A stretch of 64,000 bases of DNA from an uncultured Acidobacteriota bacterium (GTDB taxonomy: Bacteria > Acidobacteriota > UBA6911). The notes beneath the pieces were generated by a model that made no database searches, was not told the DNA's origin, and saw nothing but the letters and a program-made list of their open reading frames with translations. How positions within the stretch are numbered: the stretch's first letter is position 1; every line of letters starts with the position of its first letter. The position numbers were made by a program, and so were the translations under genes. The stretch is taken from NCBI GenBank assembly GCA_963809485.1, contig CAWEJX010000006.1:32001-96000 (forward strand). The letters run 5' to 3'. Shown here piece by piece: positions 61,259-64,000 of the stretch.

Positions 61259-63418
61259 CTGAACGCAAATTTCACGGCATCGCATCGGGATGAAACTGCA
61301 GAGCTGCTGGCCAGGTTGAAAATTCTCGCGGGCAATCTGTGGTGGACCTGGAACCAGGAGTGCCAGGAGATTTTCCAGGAGCTTTCGCCCCGGGGTTGGC
61401 AGGACCTGTATCACAACGCCGTGGCCGTCCTCCAGGATATCTCGGAATATGAGCTTCGTACGCGGCTTCGGGATCCCGTATTTGCCCGGCATGTCCAGGG
61501 CGTTCTGGCCGCCTTCGATGCGTACATGAATCGAGGGGATACATGGGCGTCGCGCTACGCGCCCGGGTTTGCCCACTATCCTGTCGCCTACTTCACTGCC
61601 GAATACGGTTTTCACGAAACCCTGCCCATCGCCGCAGGAGGGCTCGGCATATTGTCGGGGGATCATGCCCGCTCTGCAAGCGATCTCGGCCTGGGCCTCG
61701 TAGGCGTCAGCCTGTTTTACCGGGAGGGCTATTTCCAGCAGGCGATCGATCCGGAAAACTTGCAGACGGAGTTCTACTCCCCGCTCAATCCGGCGGCGCT
61801 GCCGCTCGAGCCCGTGCTGAACCGTAACGGGGAGCGGCTGGTCGGCCAGGTGGAGATCAATCTGTCTCAGGTCTGTTTTCAGGCATGGAAAGTCAACGTC
61901 GGGCGCATCCCCATTTATTTGCTGGACGCCAACCGGCCCGAGAACGAACCGTTCCAAAGAGATCTGACGCTGCATGTTTACGGCGGCGACAGCTCGACCC
62001 GCATCATGCAGGAGATACTTTTGGGCGTGGGGGGGATCCGCCTCTTGCGTGCCCTCGGCATCGAACCTTCCGTCTATCATATGAACGAAGGTCATGTGGC
62101 ATTCCTCTCTCTGGAACTGATACGGGAAAAAATCGCGCAGGGTGGCACTTTCGAGGACGCACTTTCGAGGACGCGCCAGCAATGCGTTTTCACGACCCAC
62201 ACGCCCGTGGAGGCCGGCCACGACCGGTTCAGCCCGGAACTCACACAATATGCTTTGAAAGGATTGCAGCCCCGCGTGACATCCTCTTTCGATGAGCTGA
62301 TGGCGCTGGGGCGCGTCGACCCTTCCGATGATGAGGAACCTTTTTGCATGACCGTGCTGGCGCTGAAGACTTCGCGCGCGGCAAACGCTGTGAGTGAATT
62401 GCACGGGCGCATCAGCCGTAAGATGTGGCATGTGCTTTACCCCGAAAAACCTGTGGATGAGGTGCCCATCGGGCATATCACCAACGGCATCCATCTGATG
62501 GGATGGATGAAGGGCCCGGTGCGCAGCTTCTGGCGGCACAAACTGGGACCCGAGTGGGATAAAGACATAAACTCTCCAGCACTCTGGCAGCGCTTGCTGG
62601 AGCCGGAATTCATATCGGACGAGGAGATCTGGGCCCTGCGATACAGACTGCGGCGTGCGCTGATAGAGTTTGCAAGGCGCCGCATCCTTACGGGCCGCCG
62701 CTGGACTTTCGGCAGCGTGGACTCCTTCGACCGTATCCTGGATCCCGATGCTTTAACCATCGGATTTGCGCGCCGGTTCGCGACCTATAAGAGGCCCCCC
62801 CTGGTTTTTGAAGACTATGACACCATCATCAGACTGGCTACGGATCCGCTCCGGCCTGTTCAGTTCATCTTTTCCGGAAAAGCACACCCGGCGGACACCG
62901 AGGGCAAACGCTGCATCCAGAAAATAATTCATCTCAGCAAATTCAGCGAGCTGAGAGGACGCCTTGTCTTCCTGGAAAACTACGACGTTCATATTGCGCG
63001 CCAGATGATCTCCGGGTGTGATGTCTGGCTGAATAATCCCAGGCGCCCGATGGAGGCTTCAGGCACCAGCGGGCAGAAGATCATCTGCAACGGAGGATTG
63101 AACCTGAGTATCCTGGACGGCTGGTGGCGGGAAGCCTATGACGGGACGAATGGCTTTGCGATTGGGGAAGATGATCAGCCCGCATCCGTGGCGGAACAGG
63201 ACCGTCTGGACAACGCCAATTTATGCAAAGTTTTGAGTGAAGAAGTAATCCCTTGCTTCTACAACCGGGACGGACTCGGCATTCCCCGCGAATGGATAGC
63301 CAGGATCCGGCGCGCCATGGCGACCCTGCTTCCCCGGTTTACCACGTGGCGCATGGTGCAGGAGTATGTGTTTAAATACTACCTCCGGGATACCGACACC
63401 CCCAACCTCTGGCCCTAA
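61259..63418 (+). CDS. glgP: Alpha-glucan (glycogen) phosphorylase, probable CTG start
   Basis: NLWWTW, GGLGILSGD, HMNEGH, FTTHTP, RRFATYKR, EASGTSGQK, DGWW. Confidence 0.93.
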   Translation: MNANFTASHRDETAELLARLKILAGNLWWTWNQECQEIFQELSPRGWQDLYHNAVAVLQDISEYELRTRLRDPVFARHVQGVLAAFDAYMNRGDTWASRYAPGFAHYPVAYFTAEYGFHETLPIAAGGLGILSGDHARSASDLGLGLVGVSLFYREGYFQQAIDPENLQTEFYSPLNPAALPLEPVLNRNGERLVGQVEINLSQVCFQAWKVNVGRIPIYLLDANRPENEPFQRDLTLHVYGGDSSTRIMQEILLGVGGIRLLRALGIEPSVYHMNEGHVAFLSLELIREKIAQGGTFEDALSRTRQQCVFTTHTPVEAGHDRFSPELTQYALKGLQPRVTSSFDELMALGRVDPSDDEEPFCMTVLALKTSRAANAVSELHGRISRKMWHVLYPEKPVDEVPIGHITNGIHLMGWMKGPVRSFWRHKLGPEWDKDINSPALWQRLLEPEFISDEEIWALRYRLRRALIEFARRRILTGRRWTFGSVDSFDRILDPDALTIGFARRFATYKRPPLVFEDYDTIIRLATDPLRPVQFIFSGKAHPADTEGKRCIQKIIHLSKFSELRGRLVFLENYDVHIARQMISGCDVWLNNPRRPMEASGTSGQKIICNGGLNLSILDGWWREAYDGTNGFAIGEDDQPASVAEQDRLDNANLCKVLSEEVIPCFYNRDGLGIPREWIARIRRAMATLLPRFTTWRMVQEYVFKYYLRDTDTPNLWP

Positions 63419-63681
63419 TCGGTTGCGAGATCCTCAGGCTTTGCGGGTGAGGCAGCACGAGTTTAACAAAGCATAAATTTTTTTGCTCCCAGGTCCCGGG
63501 CCGATGGAAGCACTTCAGAAAAAGTCAATCATGCGGACCTTTTATGCCGATTTCTATATCGGACGTTGATTTGCCGGGCCCGGGATGATAGCATCACGGG
63601 TTACTTTCGGGTCCGCACACATTTCAGCAGCAGGCTGAGGTTGAACGAGGCCGGACAAGCGCTGACAGTTGTAAGAAAAAT

Positions 63682-64000
63682 ATGCCGGAATTGCGCCACG
63701 ATCCCATTCAAAGACGCTGGGTTATCATAGCAGCAGAACGCGGCCGCAGGCCCGATGACTTCATCCGGGAAGAACCCCACCCCAATGGAGCCTTTTGCCC
63801 TTTCTGCGAAGGGAATGAAGGCAAGACGCCTCCCGAAATAACCGCTATCAGGAACGGGAGTCAGCCCAATCAGCCCGGATGGGAAGTGCGCGTCGTGCCC
63901 AACAAGTTTCCCGCGCTGCGCATCGAGGGGGGCCTCGATCGCAAGGGCCTTGGCGCCTATGACCGCATGAACGGCGTGGGGGCGCACGAGGTTATCATCG
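63682..64000 (+). CDS. galT: Galactose-1-phosphate uridylyltransferase-like protein, 3'-truncated by the window edge
   Basis: [24 protein letters not shown]...[14 protein letters not shown]...[10 protein letters not shown]...GAHEVII (not in the ORF track). Confidence 0.88.
   Translation, partial: MPELRHDPIQRRWVIIAAERGRRPDDFIREEPHPNGAFCPFCEGNEGKTPPEITAIRNGSQPNQPGWEVRVVPNKFPALRIEGGLDRKGLGAYDRMNGVGAHEVII

Overview
Bacterial chromosomal window, probably Acidobacteriota or a similar anaerobe (inferred from gene order and protein style only). Left to right it holds: the 3' end of a papain-family (C1) protease with FN3 and BACON domains; a 12-gene formate hydrogenlyase-2-like operon (1880-15250: Cys-type FdhF, Fe-S protein, group-4 [NiFe]-hydrogenase subunits, three antiporter-like membrane subunits, an orphan PhnD-family lipoprotein, HycI protease); assorted metabolic and transport genes (glgB, dienelactone hydrolase, MoeB/ThiF, aminotransferase, MgtE-N/NRAMP pair, CbiMQO); a housekeeping block (xth, alr, dnaB, rplI, rpsR, rpsF, pth, rplY, prs, tRNA-Gln, ispE, TPR protein, comEA, truB, rbfA, infB, nusA, rimP); a Gld-type ABC system; an RpoD paralogue; HU; and a glycogen cluster (GH57, glgP, partial galT). 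The standout is the hydrogenase large subunit, one reading frame (4460-6148) in which BOTH cysteine codons of the N-terminal Ni-binding motif are TGA (ERI-U-GI-U-GYIHS), followed by a perfect SECIS-like hairpin. This is a candidate di-selenocysteine (UxxU) group-4 [NiFeSe] hydrogenase, while the partner formate dehydrogenase uses Cys. The window also has a deletion series of IS200/IS605-derived non-autonomous elements, a MITE containing a REP-like palindrome cluster, inverted heptamer arrays at gene junctions, and a cluster of probable sequencing indels in pth/rplY/prs.
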